44,287 nt of DNA from an uncultured Eubacterium sp. (GCA_904502145.1 CAJGDH010000001.1:1-44287); one strand, 5' to 3'. Positions 27,154 to 37,409 are shown, counted from the first letter of the stretch. Made by a program: numbers and translations. Notes: generated from the letters alone by a model not told the origin.

Positions 27154-28357
27154 CTCTTTTGAGGAGGCTTACCAGATCCTTCGCAGAGTCGTCCTTCCCA
27201 CAAACCTGATCAAAAGTGATTTTTACTCTGAGCTTACGGGCAACAAGGTATATCTGAAACCCGAGAATCTTCAGCTTACCGGCGCATATAAGATCCGGGG
27301 TGCCTATTACAAGATCAGCACTTTGCCGGAAGAAGAACGGAAAAGGGGACTGATCACTGCCTCCGCGGGAAACCATGCCCAGGGTGTGGCCTATGCCGCC
27401 AGGGAATTCGGTCTTCCTGCCATAATCGTCATGCCGGAAGCCACCCCATGGCTTAAGGTGAACCGTACGCGCAATCTCGGGGCGGAAGTCATTCTTTACG
27501 GAAAAGTGTTTGACGAATCCGCGGAGAAGGCCAGAGAACTGGCGGAGGAGAAAGGGTATACCTATGTCCATCCTTTCGATGATCTGGCAGTAGCTACCGG
27601 ACAGGGGTCCATCGCCATGGAAATCGTGAAGGAACTTCCTACCGTAGATATCATCCTGGTGCCCGTGGGAGGAGGAGGTCTTGCCACAGGCGTGTCTACC
27701 CTTGCCAGGATGCTGAATCCCAAGATCAGGGTGATCGGTGTTGAACCTGCCGGTGCAAACTGCCTGGAGCAGTCCCTTAAGGAAGGCCATGTGGTCACTA
27801 TGGATCATGTGAGCACCATCGCGGACGGTACGGCCGTCCAGACACCGGGAAAGAAGATATTTCCTTATCTTCAGGATAACCTCGACTCCGTGATCACCAT
27901 AGAAGATCATGAACTGATCGGGGCATTTCTTGACGTGCTGGAAAACCATAAGCTTTTTGTGGAGAATTCCGGCCTTCTGACGGTAGCTGCCCTCAAGCAC
28001 CTGCCCGAGAAGAACAAGAAAGTGGTCTCCATCCTCAGCGGAGGCAACATGGATGTCATCACCCTTGCTTCCGTAGTACAGAACGGACTGATCCTGCGGT
28101 CCAGGATCTTTACCATCTCCGTACGTCTCCCCGATATACCCGGACAGCTGACCAAGGTTTCCAGCGTCATCGCTGCCCAGAAAGGAAATATCATCAAGCT
28201 TGAGCACAACCAGTTCGTCAGTGTCAACCGCAACAGTTCCGTTGAGCTTACCATCACCATGGAAGCTTTCGGTGAAGAGCATAAGCAGGCTATTAAAGAG
28301 GCTCTGGCAGAGGCCGGCTTCAACCCGGTTGAACGCATGCCCGGCAGTCTGTATTAA
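27131..28357 (+). CDS. ilvA: Threonine ammonia-lyase with C-terminal ACT domain
   Basis: KPENLQLTGAYKIRGA (PLP lysine), SAGNHAQG, PVGGGGL, SGGN. Start at ATG 27131 or 27134 after AAAGGA. Confidence 0.93.
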   Translation: MMEQLNLDSFEEAYQILRRVVLPTNLIKSDFYSELTGNKVYLKPENLQLTGAYKIRGAYYKISTLPEEERKRGLITASAGNHAQGVAYAAREFGLPAIIVMPEATPWLKVNRTRNLGAEVILYGKVFDESAEKARELAEEKGYTYVHPFDDLAVATGQGSIAMEIVKELPTVDIILVPVGGGGLATGVSTLARMLNPKIRVIGVEPAGANCLEQSLKEGHVVTMDHVSTIADGTAVQTPGKKIFPYLQDNLDSVITIEDHELIGAFLDVLENHKLFVENSGLLTVAALKHLPEKNKKVVSILSGGNMDVITLASVVQNGLILRSRIFTISVRLPDIPGQLTKVSSVIAAQKGNIIKLEHNQFVSVNRNSSVELTITMEAFGEEHKQAIKEALAEAGFNPVERMPGSLY

Positions 28358-28379
28358 GCGGCGGCTCCATTGTTTTTGG

Positions 28380-28407
28380 TTGCAAAACATGGGATGTCTG
28401 TTATAAT
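28380..28407 (+). promoter_or_regulatory. Sigma-A promoter of asp23-nusB
   Basis: TTGCAA-16 nt-TATAAT with a TGT extension. Confidence 0.65.
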
Positions 28408-28439
28408 TAATGTAATATAACAGGATTAAGGAGGACATT

Positions 28440-28814
28440 ATGACCAATATAGCTGATAATACAAAAAACGGTTATGATATAGAAGGTATCGGCAGTGTTC
28501 AGATCGCGGATGAGATCGTTTCCGTCATCGCCGGACTTGCCGCCACGGAAGTGGAAGGCGTCAACAAGATGTATGGCAATATCACCAATGAGATCGTGAG
28601 CAAGCTTACCATGAAGAAGCTGTCCAAAGGTGTGAAGGCGACCATTCATGATGACACTGTCGACGTTTATCTCAAGCTTGTCCTTGATTACGGTGTAAAT
28701 ATTGCAAAAGTATCTGCCGAAGTACAGGAACGGGTCAAGGGTGCCATCGAGACCATGACCGGTCTGACGGTAAATGAGATCAATATCCGGATCGCCGGTA
28801 TTCAGACCGAATAA
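28440..28814 (+). CDS. Asp23/Gls24 family protein (YqhY-like)
   Basis: IADEIVSVIAGLAATEVEGV and VQERVKGAIETMTGL.VNEINI; canonical position before nusB. Confidence 0.92.
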   Translation: MTNIADNTKNGYDIEGIGSVQIADEIVSVIAGLAATEVEGVNKMYGNITNEIVSKLTMKKLSKGVKATIHDDTVDVYLKLVLDYGVNIAKVSAEVQERVKGAIETMTGLTVNEINIRIAGIQTE

Positions 28815-28850
28815 TACCCCCCACATTATTTTCCTTACGGAGGTTCATTC

Positions 28851-29246
28851 ATGAAGATGTCACGCAGGAAGATAAGGGAATCGATTTTTCTCTTACTTTT
28901 CCGAATTGAATTCAATACCAGGGAGGAATTGTCAGAACAGGCAGAGGACTTTTACTCCGGCCTGGAATCCCCTGAAGATTCCGCTTATATCCGTGCAAAG
29001 CTGGACGGTATCCTGGATGCCCTTCCTGTGATCGATGAAAAGATCGGGGAGATCTGTACCGGCTGGAAGCTCAACCGGCTGGGTAAAACAGAGCTGGCTA
29101 TTCTGCGTCTTGCGGTGTATGAGGTACTGTATGATGAGGAGATTCCCACCGGAGTAGCCATCAATGAAGCAGTTGAGATCGCCAAAATCTACTGCAATGA
29201 GGAAGCCCCGCGTTTTATTAACGGAGTACTGGCGAAATTGGCCTGA
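28851..29246 (+). CDS. nusB: Transcription antitermination factor NusB
   Basis: SRRKIRE, ILRLAVYE, VAINEAVEIAK and FINGVL. Confidence 0.96.
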   Translation: MKMSRRKIRESIFLLLFRIEFNTREELSEQAEDFYSGLESPEDSAYIRAKLDGILDALPVIDEKIGEICTGWKLNRLGKTELAILRLAVYEVLYDEEIPTGVAINEAVEIAKIYCNEEAPRFINGVLAKLA

Positions 29247-29274
29247 GTGCTGTGACGATCGAAGACAAAACCAG

Positions 29275-29316
29275 AGGCGGTGGATGAGGTATTACCTTTT
29301 CACCGCTTTTTCTCTT
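29275..29316 (+). terminator. Terminator-like hairpin between nusB and xseA
   Basis: GCGGTGGA-TGAGGT-ATT-ACCTT-TTCACCGC followed by TTTTTCTCTT. Confidence 0.65.
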
Positions 29317-29336
29317 ATCCGGGTGATTTACTGATC

Positions 29337-30548
29337 ATGAAACACATATTTACGGTCTCCCAGGTCAATTCCTACATCCATCGGATCTTTGATTCAGATT
29401 ACGCCCTTCGAAGGATCTGTATCCAGGGAGAGATATCCAATTGCAAATATCATTCCTCCGGCCATCTTTATTTCTCCATGAAAGACGATCGGAGCAGTAT
29501 CCGGTGCGTTATGTTTTCAGGAGACCGGAGATCCGGTCTGGATTTCCGTCTCGAGAACGGACAGCTTGTCCTGGTCACCGGACATGTTTCCGTCTTTGAG
29601 AGGGACGGAAGCTATCAGCTCTACGCCAAAAACATCAGCCTGGCCGGAGCAGGATTGCTGTATCAGAAGTTTGAGCTCCTGAAAAATGAACTGGCTGAAA
29701 AAGGCTATTTCGACCACGACCGGAAGAAAGAGCTGCCGCCTTACCCCAAAACCATCGGCATCGTCACAGCCGCGACAGGGGCTGCCATCGAGGATATCAA
29801 GAGCATAGCCGCCAGGAGAAATCCCTACGTGCAGCTGTATCTTTATCCTGCCAGGGTCCAGGGGGAGGGCGCGGCGGAATCTGTGGCTTCCGGGATCCGC
29901 TTCTTCGATGATTTCGGTGTAGATGTCATCATCATCGGAAGAGGGGGCGGTTCCATGGAGGACCTGTGGGCCTTCAATGAGAGGGTCCTCGCAGATGCCA
30001 TCTACCAGGCCCGGACTCCTGTCATATCCGGAACCGGTCATGAGGTTGATATGACCATCGCCGATTATTGTGCGGATCTCAGGGCCCCCACGCCCTCCGC
30101 AGCCTGTGAGATGGCCATCCCGGATGTCTTTGCCCTCCTGCAGCAGATCGACCGTTATCAGGACGCTCTGGAGGGTTCATGGGCACAGCAGATGGACCGG
30201 ATCAACCGCAGGATCGATCTCTATCACAGACTGCTTGAAGCGAATCATCCCGGGACCAGGCTCAAAGAACAACGAAATAAGCTGAAAACCTATATTCAGC
30301 AGATGGATGTTCTCATCCGCAGTCATCTGAGGACTGCCGGAATGCGGGCAGACCATTATGGGGAGAAGCTTACAGCCCTTTCCCCCTCCGTGCGTTTAAG
30401 CGGCGGTTTTGTTTATGCACACAAGAAAGACATGAGCCCTGTCTCATCAATCCGGCAGATCCGGGAAGGGGAGGATTTCTCCCTCATATTCCGGGACGGC
30501 CGGGCGGATGTCCACACTTTACAAATATCAGACAAAGAAGGGATATAA
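29337..30548 (+). CDS. xseA: Exodeoxyribonuclease VII large subunit
   Basis: GEISNCKYHSSGHLYFSMKD, RGGGSMEDLWAFN, GHEVD and APTPSAA. Start placed at ATG 29337. Confidence 0.95.
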   Translation: MKHIFTVSQVNSYIHRIFDSDYALRRICIQGEISNCKYHSSGHLYFSMKDDRSSIRCVMFSGDRRSGLDFRLENGQLVLVTGHVSVFERDGSYQLYAKNISLAGAGLLYQKFELLKNELAEKGYFDHDRKKELPPYPKTIGIVTAATGAAIEDIKSIAARRNPYVQLYLYPARVQGEGAAESVASGIRFFDDFGVDVIIIGRGGGSMEDLWAFNERVLADAIYQARTPVISGTGHEVDMTIADYCADLRAPTPSAACEMAIPDVFALLQQIDRYQDALEGSWAQQMDRINRRIDLYHRLLEANHPGTRLKEQRNKLKTYIQQMDVLIRSHLRTAGMRADHYGEKLTALSPSVRLSGGFVYAHKKDMSPVSSIRQIREGEDFSLIFRDGRADVHTLQISDKEGI

Positions 30549-30549
30549 C

Positions 30550-30786
30550 ATGGCAAAAGGAAAGTTTTCACTGGAGGATGCCTTCCGGGATCTGGATGAC
30601 ATCATATCCGCTCTGGAACAGCCGGACATCCGGCTGGAGGATTCCATGGCATTGTATAAAAAAGGAGTCAAGCTTCTGGATAAATGCCGGCAGACCATAG
30701 ACCGGACCGAAAAAGAGATCATCATATTGCAGGAGGGGCGAGATGGACAATTCGATGAAAGACCAGATCAGACAGAAAGCAGATAG
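30550..30786 (+). CDS. xseB: Exodeoxyribonuclease VII small subunit
   Basis: LEDAFRDLDDIISALE..LEDSMALYKKGVKL..C. Start at ATG 30550; overlaps ispA by 44 nt. Confidence 0.9.
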   Translation: MAKGKFSLEDAFRDLDDIISALEQPDIRLEDSMALYKKGVKLLDKCRQTIDRTEKEIIILQEGRDGQFDERPDQTESR

Positions 30787-31639
30787 GATCGAATCCATCC
30801 TTTCCTCTTTTCTGCCGGAGGAGACCGGTTACCAGAAGCCGGTGATCTCCGCCATGAACTATACCATGAATGCCGGAGGCAAAAGACTCCGCCCCATGCT
30901 TATGGAAGAGACCTATCTTATGTTCGGAGGAACAGACCGGGATATGATCGAGCCTTTTATGGCTGCCATCGAAATGATCCACACCTATTCACTGATCCAT
31001 GACGATCTTCCTGCCCTGGATAACGACGATTACCGAAGAGGGCGTAAGACCGCCCACATCGTCTATGGGGAAGCCATGGCCATCCTGGCCGGAGACGGTC
31101 TTCTGAATTATGCCTTTGAGACAGCGTCGAAGGCTTTCCGGGGAGACAGCCGTGATTCAGTCATCGGAAGGGCATTTCAGGTTCTTGCGGCAAAACCCGG
31201 CATCTACGGGATGATCGGCGGCCAGACCGCTGATGTGGCAGACGAAGATAAAGACATTACTCTCGATGAGCTGATGTTTATCCATAAAAACAAAACTTCC
31301 GCCCTGATCGAATGTTCCATGATGATCGGTGCCATTTTAGCCGGTGCCGACCAGGAGTCCATCCGGACCATGGAAGAGATCGCGGAAAAGATCGGTCTGG
31401 CTTTCCAGATCAGGGATGATATCCTGGATATCACCGGCAGCCAGGAAGAACTGGGCAAACCGGTGGGAAGTGATGAGAAGAACAACAAAAATACCTATGT
31501 ATCCATCAAAGGCCTGGACAGGGCGACGGAAGATGTTCTCCGCTACACCCGTGAGGCCATCGACCTGTTTGATACATTACCCTGTAAAAATGCTTACCTT
31601 CGCCGCCTGCTTCTGTATCTGAGCGGAAGAGACAACTGA
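30743..31639 (+). CDS. ispA: Farnesyl-diphosphate synthase / polyprenyl synthetase
   Basis: GGKRLRP, SLIHDDLPALDNDDYRRG and FQIRDDILD. Confidence 0.95.
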   Translation: MDNSMKDQIRQKADRIESILSSFLPEETGYQKPVISAMNYTMNAGGKRLRPMLMEETYLMFGGTDRDMIEPFMAAIEMIHTYSLIHDDLPALDNDDYRRGRKTAHIVYGEAMAILAGDGLLNYAFETASKAFRGDSRDSVIGRAFQVLAAKPGIYGMIGGQTADVADEDKDITLDELMFIHKNKTSALIECSMMIGAILAGADQESIRTMEEIAEKIGLAFQIRDDILDITGSQEELGKPVGSDEKNNKNTYVSIKGLDRATEDVLRYTREAIDLFDTLPCKNAYLRRLLLYLSGRDN

Positions 31640-31658
31640 AGGTGAACGGAGAAAACCA

Positions 31659-33527
31659 ATGGAAAAACTACTTGATCAGATACAAAAGGCCAATGATATA
31701 AAGCATATTCCCGAGGATAAACTCGATGCCCTTGCGGCGGAGATCCGTCATTTTATCCTTAGAAATGTCAGTAAGACCGGAGGCCATCTGGCTTCAAATC
31801 TGGGGACGGTGGAGCTTACCATGGCTCTTCATCTGTGCCTGGACCTGCCGGAAGACAAGATCGTTTTTGACGTGGGTCACCAGTCATACACCCACAAGAT
31901 TCTGACCGGACGTAAAAACAGCTTCTCCACTCTCAGGCAGGAAGACGGGATCTGCGGCTTTCCCAAAAGGAAGGAAAGCCCCTGTGACGCTTTCGGAGCA
32001 GGCCACAGTTCCACCTCCATCGCCGCTGCCGCGGGCCTTGCCTACGCCAGGGACCAGGAGGGTGGTAAAGAGACTGTTGTGGCCCTGATCGGGGACGGCT
32101 CCCTGTCCGGAGGAATGGCTTACGAGGCCCTCAACAATCTTTCCTATTTCCGTAAAACAAAGAAGAATATCATCGTTATCCTCAATGATAATGAGATGTC
32201 CATCTCCGAAAATGTCGGAGCCATGAGCAGGTATCTTGGGGATATACGTTCCAAAGAGAAATATAAACAGTTCAAAGACAGTGTGGAACAGGGGCTCAAC
32301 CGGATCCCCGTCCTGGGTCGTGGAATGGCCAAAACCCTGAAACGGTCCAAGGATTCCCTGAAGAACCTTCTTGTCCCGGGAATGCTCTTTGAGAATATGG
32401 GGATCACCTATTACGGGCCGGTCAACGGGCACCATATCTCTGACCTGGTCCATGCCATAGAAACCGCAAAAAGACATCCCGGTCCGATCCTGATCCATGT
32501 GATCACCAAAAAGGGTAAGGGATATCCACCTGCAGAGAAAAACCCTGAAGCTTTTCACGGGGTGGGACCCTTCGATCTGCGCACCGGAAAGATTCCCTCA
32601 TCAGGGGAATCCTACACGGACGTTTTCTCCCGCCACCTGGTGGAGATTGCAGGGCGCGATCCAAGAATAACCGCCATAACCGCTGCCATGGCATCCGGAA
32701 CCGGCCTTGACCGGTTTAAAGAAGCCTATCCTGACCGGTTTGTGGATGTAGGCATTGCCGAGGAATTCGCGGTAACCTTTGCCGCAGGGATGGCTGCAAA
32801 CGGACTTCGTCCCGTGGTTGCCATCTATTCCACCTTCCTGCAGAGATCTTACGACCAGATCATCCATGATGTCTGCATGCAGAAGCTCCCCGTATTCTTA
32901 TGCCTGGACAGATCCGGGCTGGTGGGAGCTGACGGAGAGACCCATCAGGGGATATTTGACATATCCTATCTGAGCCATATTCCCAACCTTACCGTGATGG
33001 CACCCAAAAATGCCTGGGAACTGAAGAGCATGATGGATTTTGCGGCGGACTTCGAAGGTCCCATCGCCATGAAATATCCGAGAGGGAAGGCATTTACCGG
33101 ACTTGAGGACTGCACTCAGCCTGTGGAACTGGGCAGATCGGAAGTGATCTTCCCGGGCCGTAAGATGGTGATCCTGTCCGTCGGTACCATGATGGAGGAA
33201 TGTCTGGAGACGGTCCGCCTGTTAAGAGAGCAGGGATATGATCCGGGGCTGGTCAATGTTCGGTTTATCCGTCCCATGGACGAAGACCTTCTCCTCAGAC
33301 TGTGCGGGGAATATGACCTGATCATCACTGTGGAAGAGAATCTTAAGAACGGCGGTTTCGGCCAGATGGTCTCTTCCTTCCTCCACGACTGGAACAAGGA
33401 AAACTGTCTGATCTCCTTCGGGATAGATGATGCTTTTGTCGAACATGCCCCCGTCGGCCGTCAGAGAACCATTCACGGGATCGACGCGGCGTCCATGGCG
33501 GCACGTATAATAGAGAGGATATCATGA
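31659..33527 (+). CDS. dxs: 1-deoxy-D-xylulose-5-phosphate synthase
   Basis: GGHLASNLG, DVGHQSY, GDGSLSGGMAYEALN, DVGIAE, YSTFLQR and DGETHQG. Confidence 0.97.
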   Translation: MEKLLDQIQKANDIKHIPEDKLDALAAEIRHFILRNVSKTGGHLASNLGTVELTMALHLCLDLPEDKIVFDVGHQSYTHKILTGRKNSFSTLRQEDGICGFPKRKESPCDAFGAGHSSTSIAAAAGLAYARDQEGGKETVVALIGDGSLSGGMAYEALNNLSYFRKTKKNIIVILNDNEMSISENVGAMSRYLGDIRSKEKYKQFKDSVEQGLNRIPVLGRGMAKTLKRSKDSLKNLLVPGMLFENMGITYYGPVNGHHISDLVHAIETAKRHPGPILIHVITKKGKGYPPAEKNPEAFHGVGPFDLRTGKIPSSGESYTDVFSRHLVEIAGRDPRITAITAAMASGTGLDRFKEAYPDRFVDVGIAEEFAVTFAAGMAANGLRPVVAIYSTFLQRSYDQIIHDVCMQKLPVFLCLDRSGLVGADGETHQGIFDISYLSHIPNLTVMAPKNAWELKSMMDFAADFEGPIAMKYPRGKAFTGLEDCTQPVELGRSEVIFPGRKMVILSVGTMMEECLETVRLLREQGYDPGLVNVRFIRPMDEDLLLRLCGEYDLIITVEENLKNGGFGQMVSSFLHDWNKENCLISFGIDDAFVEHAPVGRQRTIHGIDAASMAARIIERIS

Positions 33528-34336
33528 AACAACGATTGGATGTTCTGCTGGTAGAAAAAGGACTGGCTGCTTCCCGGGAGAAGGCCAAAGCCATGATCAT
33601 GTCCGGAATCGTATTTGTGAACGGACAGAGGGAAGACAAGGCCGGATCCACATTTGATGAGAAGGCAGCCGCCTCCATAGAGATTCACGGAAGCGGGCTG
33701 CGCTACGTCAGCCGCGGCGGGTTAAAACTTGAAAAAGCCGTGGGTACTTTCGGCCTCAGCCTGGAAGGATGCATCTGCATGGATGTAGGCGCTTCCACCG
33801 GAGGATTCACCGACTGTATGCTCCAGAACGGGGCAGTAAAGGTCTATTCCGTGGATGTGGGAAGGGGCCAGCTGGATTGGAGATTAAGAAATGATCCCAG
33901 GGTGGTCTGCATGGAGAAGACCAACATGAGATATGTCACACCCGATGATATCGGCCAGCCTGTGGATTTTGTTTCCATCGATGTTTCTTTTATCTCACTG
34001 AGTAAGATACTGATTCCGGTGCGGGACTGTCTGAGGGAGGATGGACAGGTGGTCTGTCTGATCAAACCGCAGTTTGAAGCCGGAAAAGATAAAGTAGGCA
34101 AAAAAGGAGTGGTGAGGGACAGGCTGGTCCACGAGCAGGTGATCAGGTCGGTGATGGAATTTGCTTCCTCCATCGGTTTTACCCTGCTGGGTCTCGATTA
34201 TTCCCCCATCAAAGGACCGGAAGGAAATATAGAATATCTCCTTCATCTCAGGAAAGGAAAGGCAGAAGATAAGGTGGGAGAGGAGCTGATCCCTGAAGTG
34301 GTCAGTGCATCCCACATGGCCCTGTCTCACGGATGA
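33524..34336 (+). CDS. tlyA: TlyA family rRNA methyltransferase
   Basis: S4 domain RLDVLLV, YVSRGGLKL, DVGASTGGFTD, DVSFISL and LIKPQFE. Confidence 0.95.
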   Translation: MKQRLDVLLVEKGLAASREKAKAMIMSGIVFVNGQREDKAGSTFDEKAAASIEIHGSGLRYVSRGGLKLEKAVGTFGLSLEGCICMDVGASTGGFTDCMLQNGAVKVYSVDVGRGQLDWRLRNDPRVVCMEKTNMRYVTPDDIGQPVDFVSIDVSFISLSKILIPVRDCLREDGQVVCLIKPQFEAGKDKVGKKGVVRDRLVHEQVIRSVMEFASSIGFTLLGLDYSPIKGPEGNIEYLLHLRKGKAEDKVGEELIPEVVSASHMALSHG

Positions 34337-34343
34337 ACGGCTT

Positions 34344-35186
34344 ATGAAACATTTTCTGATCATTACCAACAAACAAAAAGATATGGATCAGGTCATCACG
34401 GACCAGGTCCGTCGTTATCTCGAGGAGAGAGGAGCGGTCTGCCATTGCTGCCTGGAATATTCAAAGGACAGACGAAAGCCTCTTGATGTTCCCGAGGGTA
34501 CAGAATGCATTCTGGTGATCGGTGGAGACGGTACCATCCTCAACGCCGCCACAAAGGTCATCGGACGCAATATTCCCCTTCTCGGCATCAACATGGGTAC
34601 ATTGGGTTTCCTTGCCGAGGTGACCATCAATGATGTCAACGAGACCCTCCAGCACCTCCTGGAGGATGATTATCAGATTGAGAACAGAACCATGCTTTTC
34701 TGCGAACTGATCAGGGACGGGCAGCAGCTGGAAGCCTTCATGGCTCTCAATGATATCGTGATCAGTAAAAGCGGCTACAGCAATGTGATCGGCCTCGATG
34801 TCACCATCAATGAGACAGAGATCGAAAGTTATTCCGCGGACGGGATCATCCTTTGTACTCCCACCGGTTCCACCGCATACAATCTGTCCGCCGGAGGACC
34901 GATCCTCAATCCTACCTGCAAAAATTTTGTCCTTACCCCGATCTGTCCCCATTCACTGACTACCAGAAGTGTTGTCCTGGCCAAGGAGGATGTGGTAACT
35001 ATCCGTATCCGTCCCAAATCCGCCGGAGGAAAAAAGATCGATGCGGTGATCCTGTACGACGGGAAAAGAGGCAGCAATATCCTTGCCGGAGATGAGATAA
35101 GAGTCTGTAAGGCCGGTGAGGTCACTCCCTTTATCAAAACAAGAAAAGTAAGCTTTGCCAAAATATTAAAAGAGAAACTGCGCTGA
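34344..35186 (+). CDS. nadK: NAD(+) kinase
   Basis: GGDGT, GINMGTLGFL, LND and TPTGSTAYNLSAGGP. Start placed at ATG 34344. Confidence 0.95.
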   Translation: MKHFLIITNKQKDMDQVITDQVRRYLEERGAVCHCCLEYSKDRRKPLDVPEGTECILVIGGDGTILNAATKVIGRNIPLLGINMGTLGFLAEVTINDVNETLQHLLEDDYQIENRTMLFCELIRDGQQLEAFMALNDIVISKSGYSNVIGLDVTINETEIESYSADGIILCTPTGSTAYNLSAGGPILNPTCKNFVLTPICPHSLTTRSVVLAKEDVVTIRIRPKSAGGKKIDAVILYDGKRGSNILAGDEIRVCKAGEVTPFIKTRKVSFAKILKEKLR

Positions 35187-35198
35187 TGGAGAAGGACT

Positions 35199-35648
35199 AT
35201 GAAAAGAAGAAGACAGGCGCTCATTTTGGAGCTGATCAAGAAGAACCATATTGAGACACAGGAAGAGCTCGCCCGTATGCTTGCAGAAGCAGGCTACCCC
35301 ACCACACAGGGGACCATTTCCCGCGACATCCGGGAACTTAAGCTGACCAAGATCAGCGGACCGGACAAACGGCAGAGATATGCACCCATGATCATGGGCA
35401 ATCCCCATGTTTCCGACAAATACAGGAGAGTCCTGTCCGAGGGGATCCTCTCCATGGACAGTTCCCAGAATATCCTGGTGATCAAGACCGTTTCTGGAAT
35501 GGCCATGGCCTGCGGTGCTGCTCTTGATTCCATATCAGTCAACGGGATCATCGGATGTATAGCCGGTGACGACACCATCATGTGCGTCATCAAAGACCAG
35601 GAGATGATGGATGAAGTGATCCTGCAGATACGGGAGATCATTCTTTAA
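35199..35648 (+). CDS. argR: Arginine repressor
   Basis: TQEEL, TQGTISRDIREL and GCIAGDDT. Confidence 0.96.
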   Translation: MKRRRQALILELIKKNHIETQEELARMLAEAGYPTTQGTISRDIRELKLTKISGPDKRQRYAPMIMGNPHVSDKYRRVLSEGILSMDSSQNILVIKTVSGMAMACGAALDSISVNGIIGCIAGDDTIMCVIKDQEMMDEVILQIREIIL

Positions 35649-35661
35649 TCAGGAGGGATCG

Positions 35662-37326
35662 ATGTTAATCAATCTTCATGTAAAAAATCTTGCACTGATC
35701 GAGGAAGCAGATGTTGATTTTTACGATCATCTGAATATACTGACAGGAGAAACCGGGGCAGGTAAATCCATTCTCATCGGATCCATCCAGTCTGCCCTGG
35801 GCGGAAAGATCCCCAAGGATATGATCCGTCAGGGGTGCGACAGCGCGCTTATTGAGCTGGTTTTTCACACGGAGAGCCAGGCGGTCAAAGAGAAGATGGC
35901 CGAGTTTGAGATACCCTTTGAAGACGGGGAGATCATTCTTTCCCGAAGGATCACCAGCCAGCGGATCATCAACAAGATCAATGACTGTACCATTACAGTC
36001 TCCAGGCTCAAAGAGCTTGCCCCCCTTCTGCTTGACCTGAGCGGTCAGCATGAGAATCAGCTCCTTTTAAAGCCGGCAAACCATCTGCTCCTCCTGGATC
36101 GTTATTCCGGACAGGAATCGGCTGAATTAAAGGAGAAGATATCCGGTCTCTACCATGCCTGTAAGGATCTTGATGCCGAGCTGGCCAAAGAGGAGATCGA
36201 GGAGGACCAGCGTCTGCGGGAACTGGAATTCCTCCAATATGAGATCCGGGAAATCGAAGAGGCAAAGCTTCTTCCCCATGAAGATGAAGAACTGGAAGAC
36301 CAGTATCTGAAGATCAGTCATTCCAGGGATATCCTGACTTTGTGCGGTTCAGCCTACGATCAGACCAGTGAGGGCAATTTCAATGCCTCTGCTGCAGTGG
36401 GCTATGCCTTCCGTGACCTGGAGCAGGCCTCATCCTATGACAGTGACCTGCAGGCACTGACCGAACAGATCGGTGCCATCGACGCTCTTCTTGGAGATTT
36501 TAACCGTGACCTGTCTGCCTATATGCGTTCCATGGAATTTGATGAACAGACATTTCATGAGATTGAGGACAGACTGAATCAGATCAATCATCTGAAAGCA
36601 AAGTACGGAGGTTCTCTGGAGCAGATCTTCAGGTATCTTGCAGACTCCAAGGAGAAGCTAGATAAACTCAGTAATTATGAAGAATACATCACAGACATGA
36701 AAAGACACCGTGAAGGTCTTTATAAACAGCTGACAGAAGAGTGCCGGAGGCTGACTCGGATCCGTCAGCAGGCTTCCCTGCCCCTGGCAGATCAGATCAA
36801 AAAAGCTCTTCTGGACCTTAATTTTACCGAGGTGGAATTCGGCATCGACCTTTCCCCAAAAGATGAACCGGGTCCGGACGGCCAGGATAATGTCTGTTTC
36901 ATGATCTCCACCAATCCGGGATTACCCATGGGTCCGCTCAACCAGATCGCTTCCGGGGGTGAATTGTCCAGGATCATGCTTGCCATCAAATCGATCCTGG
37001 CAGATGAGGACCAGGTGGAGACACAGATCTTTGATGAGATCGATGCCGGGATCAGCGGGAGAACCGCACAGAAGGTTTCTGAACGGCTCCATCTCATCGC
37101 ATCCGGGCGTCAGGTGATCGCCATTACCCACCTTCCGCAGATCGCCGCCATGGCCGACGCACATTTTCTCATCGAGAAGAGCAGCGACCGTCAGACCACC
37201 ATCAGCAGTATACGTCTGCTGGATGAAGAGGAATCTGTGAGGGAACTGGCAAGAATGCTGGGCGGGGCAAAGATCACGGAGAAGGTTCTGGACAACGCCA
37301 GAGAGATGAAGGCACTGGCTCATTGA
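35662..37326 (+). CDS. recN: DNA repair protein RecN
   Basis: LTGETGAGKS, ASGGELSRIML, IFDEIDAGISG and ITHLPQIAA. Confidence 0.97.
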   Translation: MLINLHVKNLALIEEADVDFYDHLNILTGETGAGKSILIGSIQSALGGKIPKDMIRQGCDSALIELVFHTESQAVKEKMAEFEIPFEDGEIILSRRITSQRIINKINDCTITVSRLKELAPLLLDLSGQHENQLLLKPANHLLLLDRYSGQESAELKEKISGLYHACKDLDAELAKEEIEEDQRLRELEFLQYEIREIEEAKLLPHEDEELEDQYLKISHSRDILTLCGSAYDQTSEGNFNASAAVGYAFRDLEQASSYDSDLQALTEQIGAIDALLGDFNRDLSAYMRSMEFDEQTFHEIEDRLNQINHLKAKYGGSLEQIFRYLADSKEKLDKLSNYEEYITDMKRHREGLYKQLTEECRRLTRIRQQASLPLADQIKKALLDLNFTEVEFGIDLSPKDEPGPDGQDNVCFMISTNPGLPMGPLNQIASGGELSRIMLAIKSILADEDQVETQIFDEIDAGISGRTAQKVSERLHLIASGRQVIAITHLPQIAAMADAHFLIEKSSDRQTTISSIRLLDEEESVRELARMLGGAKITEKVLDNAREMKALAH

Positions 37327-37375
37327 GGGCTGTTTTCTGAGTAGTCCAATTTATAGGTTTATTTTTAAAAATTCA

Positions 37376-37404
37376 TTGACAAGTCTTCTCCTGGATGATA
37401 GAAT
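37376..37404 (+). promoter_or_regulatory. Strong sigma-A promoter of the rplU operon
   Basis: TTGACA-17 nt-TAGAAT with a TGA extension. Confidence 0.85.
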
Positions 37405-37409
37405 ATTAC

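Noticed and set aside
30743..30786. 44-nt xseB/ispA overlap as a possible frameshift
   Set aside because: Both proteins are complete and ispA has its own AGGAGG RBS inside xseB, so this is ordinary overlap.
37355..37377. Possible ARG box near argR-recN (TTTTTAAAAATTCAT)
   Set aside because: Only a half-site match. It is better explained as the AT-rich UP element of the rplU promoter.
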